A stretch of 57,382 bases of DNA, counting the filler, from Barthelona sp. PAP020 (lineage: Eukaryota): assembly GCA_040182905.1 (NCBI GenBank). It is 3 parts of 3 records of this genome, joined end to end, with 100 filler letters (N's around TTAATTAATTAA, not from the genome) between each part and the next. Parts side by side here need not be neighbours in the genome. Positions count along the whole stretch, not along the records: positions 38,435 to 57,382 come from JARQWU010000215.1; 2 more parts are not named here. One strand, 5' to 3'. The notes beneath the pieces are model-generated. The model saw nothing but the letters and a program-made list of their open reading frames with translations, searched no databases and had not been told where the DNA came from. Shown here piece after piece: positions 54,229 to 57,382 of the stretch (position 1 is its first letter; each line of letters begins with the position of its first letter). The translations under genes and the position numbers were made by a program.

Positions 54229-56788
54229 ATGGATGATTCGAAGAAATTAAAGAGTATGATGAAGATTTTTTAAATAAGTACAACTAACTTTAATAATAGT
54301 AATTGAATTGCACAATCAATTTCGAGGATGTAATTTTGAAAGATTGAGGGGTGATATTGAAGAAATTATGAAAGAAACAGATAAATCAATTGATGAATAT
54401 CAAGAAGTATATGAAACTTTGGTCAATAATAGGTATGCTTTATTTAATGTACAGACAACCATTACTCAGATGAGAGTTATTAAAGCTAATTTTGAATTAT
54501 TACAAAGATGTTATGAATTTACTGAGCGAGGTGACATATTAATGGCTCTTAAAGTATATAAGGAAGTTAGAGATGTATATGCGCCTAGATTAAAAGTTTT
54601 TGAGAATTGTAGCAGACAAGTTAACAGTTTGATTGAGAAATTGAAGAGTGATATTGAAAAAAGTGCTACTAAACGTTTAGATAAATGGATGGATAATATA
54701 AAGACAAAGAGATTTGAGATAGGTATGAAAATTTTCATGGATATCTATGGTTTTAGTGGTTACAACTTTGAATCGTTTGATCGTTTGAATTTTTTTGAAA
54801 TCACTGAGAACAAATACATTGAAATTGTCAATAATTTTCGTCAATTTGATTTCAGCAGGTTTTCTCGTTTGCTAACAGGGCTTACTGAGAATTCGGATGA
54901 TATTTTGAGTGTGTTTACCATATTCCATCAATTAGAAAAAGAAAATGAATTTTTTGAGAGGCTTAATCCTTTTAGAACTACCTATTTCACTTCGATTTTG
55001 TCATCTTTTCATCAGATCTATGGAAATAATAACAAAAGAGTATCAGTACAAAATACGAGCATTGATTCGATAGAAGAACAACAAAATCTTCAAAATAACA
55101 ATCTTGCGGAAGATAGATTGCGTATGGGGATTGAACTGACCAGTGAAATTGTTGGACAATTTGCCATTGAAATGGTGTTATTTGCTCCATTACCAAATGA
55201 GTTGAAAAAGAGATTAGCAGAAGACATTGATTTTAACAATGTTTTAAAAAGTTTACCCGGAAAGTTTTCTGATATTTGTCATTCGTATTTCATACAGGAA
55301 TCAAAAAATAAAGAAAATGGTTCATTACATATCAAGTCAATCACCCATTTCTTTTCATTGTTTTGTTCTATTCTTAATATTCAAAATCAAGCTGATTTAG
55401 CCTCTAAGGTAATATCTTCAGTTAATTCCAAGTACTGGTTATTCATTTGGACAAACTTGGCCAATGATACACAGAAACTTGCCGATAATTTGTTTTCTTC
55501 CAAATATGAACCTTTATTTGACATTAAACCATGTAAGATGGGTGATGTCAATGAAACCATTGATGTAGATATAGCAGATGTATTCGAGAAATTACACAGT
55601 TATAATATTCAGAGCTTGCTTCATCCTTACCTGAGAAAGAGTGATGACATGTGGCTCAATGAATTTGACGTTGAACAAGACACAGAAATCTTCCCCGTTA
55701 CCATTGCTTTTTTCAAATTGATTGATAACGTTATGACGTCTTCAGATGGTTATATCAACAGCATAATAACTTTATTAGTTGCTAGTCCCAATCTAGAGCC
55801 ATTTAAAGATAGAAATTGGTTTACAACGGTTTATAAGACTTTACAAGACAATATATTGAAAATTTTGACGAAACATTGTCAAAACATCAAGACGTATTTC
55901 GTACACTTAAGAGCTAACCAATATGATATTTACGGGTTGAAAAAAGTTTTGTTACTTTGTTCTGATTTTTATTGCCTTGAGCAAATGCTTAAGAATGATG
56001 TTTTAACAATGATCTTTGATAACATGATCAATAAGATTCAACGAATCAATTTGCAATTGAAGAAAGTCGGTGGATTTTTGGAGTTGAATTCGATCAATCA
56101 AGTTCAATTAAGAGAAGACTTTCAAAAACTTATTCAAACGAATATCAACACCGAAAAGGATATCATACCAATCGTTAACGATTTATTTATTGTATATGCA
56201 ACTGGATTATGTAAACAACAAATTTTAATGCTGGATATAATCCCTGTTTCTGATTCAAAGAAATCTTATTTTAGAAGAATGAACACAGATAAGACTGGCA
56301 ATGAATTTATGGATTTAATGCTGATGAAAATGAGTTTAGCAGTTTTCCCCATTTTTAAATTAATTCCACCACAGTTCAATGAAGCATTTTTAGCTTTATT
56401 CATCCCTGCCTTAACCTTACTTCCCATCCATTTATTACGACAAAATAATATCCCTTCTTTCAGTGAAAGCTATATAGATAGATGTCGAATAGATTTTGAG
56501 ACAATTTTATTGGAAATCAACAAGTATTATTTGTTGAAGAATGTTAATATTGTCAATATTTTAAAGAATGCATTAACTAAATTATTTGGCTTGTTTAGTA
56601 TTATGGGAGTATCCAATCCTCAACAACTGATGTTATATGTTGAGGTTTTAATCAATCAGACTGCTGTTTTCAAAAAATCTGATCTTATTCTTTTTGCCTC
56701 TAAGTTTGCTCCTTCAAATCCAAATGTAAATAAGGATAATATAAGTAATTTTATCACATCTTTAAAGAATTTTGAAGTCATGAGATAG
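54229..56788 (+). CDS. EXOC6: Exocyst complex subunit Sec15 (EXOC6)-like, divergent; intron 54254-54299
   Basis: NVQTTI.Q...ALKVYKEVRDVY.P.L...IEKLKSDIEK.A...LDKWMDNIK....EIG matches the Sec15 N-terminal region. Confidence 0.7.
54254..54299 (+). other. 46-nt spliceosomal intron
   Basis: GTATGA...AACTAACTTTAATAATAG; joins MDDSKKLK to IIELHNQF in frame. Confidence 0.7.
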
Positions 56789-57094
56789 ATAGTTTTTGTT
56801 TATAAAAATTTTCCTCTTTTATTCTTTTCTGTGAGCTTTCATGAGTTAATGAACGAAATCCCAACCCAATAATTAGCTTTTTGATAAGAATTTTGTGTCG
56901 TCAAACTTCATAGAGGGAATGGAAAAACCAAACTACAAAAAGAGAAAAGTTTTTATTTATTTAAAGGCTTTTGAGATTTTTTTGATTGTTGAAACTGTTT
57001 CAAATTTACATACGAGTTGAAAATCTTGAGAAACAGAGAATAAAATGAAAAAAAGAAATGAGCGTGTTCACAAGTCTATTATTTTTGGCGAATC

Positions 57095-57382
57095 GGAAAA
57101 TTTCGATTCTTCCTTTTTCTTTCGAGGTACGGAACTTTTCCTTAACCTATCCCCCACATTTTTGACCTGCTGCGGTGAATGGATGAAAACTTGCACAATT
57201 AGGATAAATTTTCAAAAAGATCGGTGCGTTAAGCTCTTTTGAGCAATTAGTAATGCAATATTTCACATCCCGCGTGGGGCATAGCTCTCCTACGAAAGCC
57301 TATGAAAGAGTAGGTCTCAAAAAAGAGAGGTTCCTTTCAGGAACGCTGGACCCCCCGAAAAGAATAAAGATTAAGGTTTATT
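57095..57382 (+). repeat. Dispersed repeat family B, copy 3 (truncated by window end)
   Basis: TTCTTCCTTTTT...ATTTTTGACCT...GGTGAA...TTGCACA.TTAGGAT...AGCTCTTTTGA.CAA.TAGTA...GGAACGCTGGAC.CCCCGA matches 31020-31300. Confidence 0.85.

Noticed and set aside
57045..57242. 65-aa ORF (and 39222-39410) as real genes
   Set aside because: They lie in repeat family B, and the frames are not preserved among copies

Overview
Nuclear DNA of an AT-rich, very compact microbial eukaryote, using the standard code (genes end in TAA, TAG and TGA). It is probably a flagellate, since it has TMEM107- and TSNAXIP1-like genes. The window is three contigs joined by artificial 100-bp N44-TTAATTAATTAA-N44 linkers (1-19155, 19256-38334, 38435-57382), so adjacency across the linkers is not biological. 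Dense housekeeping blocks hold RUVBL2, a C2 protein, a Rab, CDC16, TMEM107, Piezo, tRNA-Leu(AAG), RPL10A, RPS17, WDR75, V-ATPase G and EXOC6. These genes have rare, 5'-proximal, mostly 37-46 nt GT-AG introns with a CTAAY branch point usually 6-7 nt before the intron 3' end, and ~85-110 bp head-to-head promoters. The blocks alternate with islands of pseudogenes and three unclassified dispersed-repeat families. Most notable: (1) the 19-kb middle contig is bounded by inward-pointing NCL-type Na/Ca exchanger paralogs with a gene-conversion gradient, making it a candidate invertible segment; (2) two adjacent inverted-repeat-bounded units at 14-18.6 kb carry passenger genes, including an ankyrin array that varies mainly at its binding-face residues; (3) a bacterial-like PLP enzyme and OPA-type MFS transporter sit next to a tRNA; (4) a ~350-bp repeat family has a hairpin whose loop is inverted between copies; (5) the Piezo has a substituted PFEW motif. 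Homology calls come from recalled motifs, not database searches.
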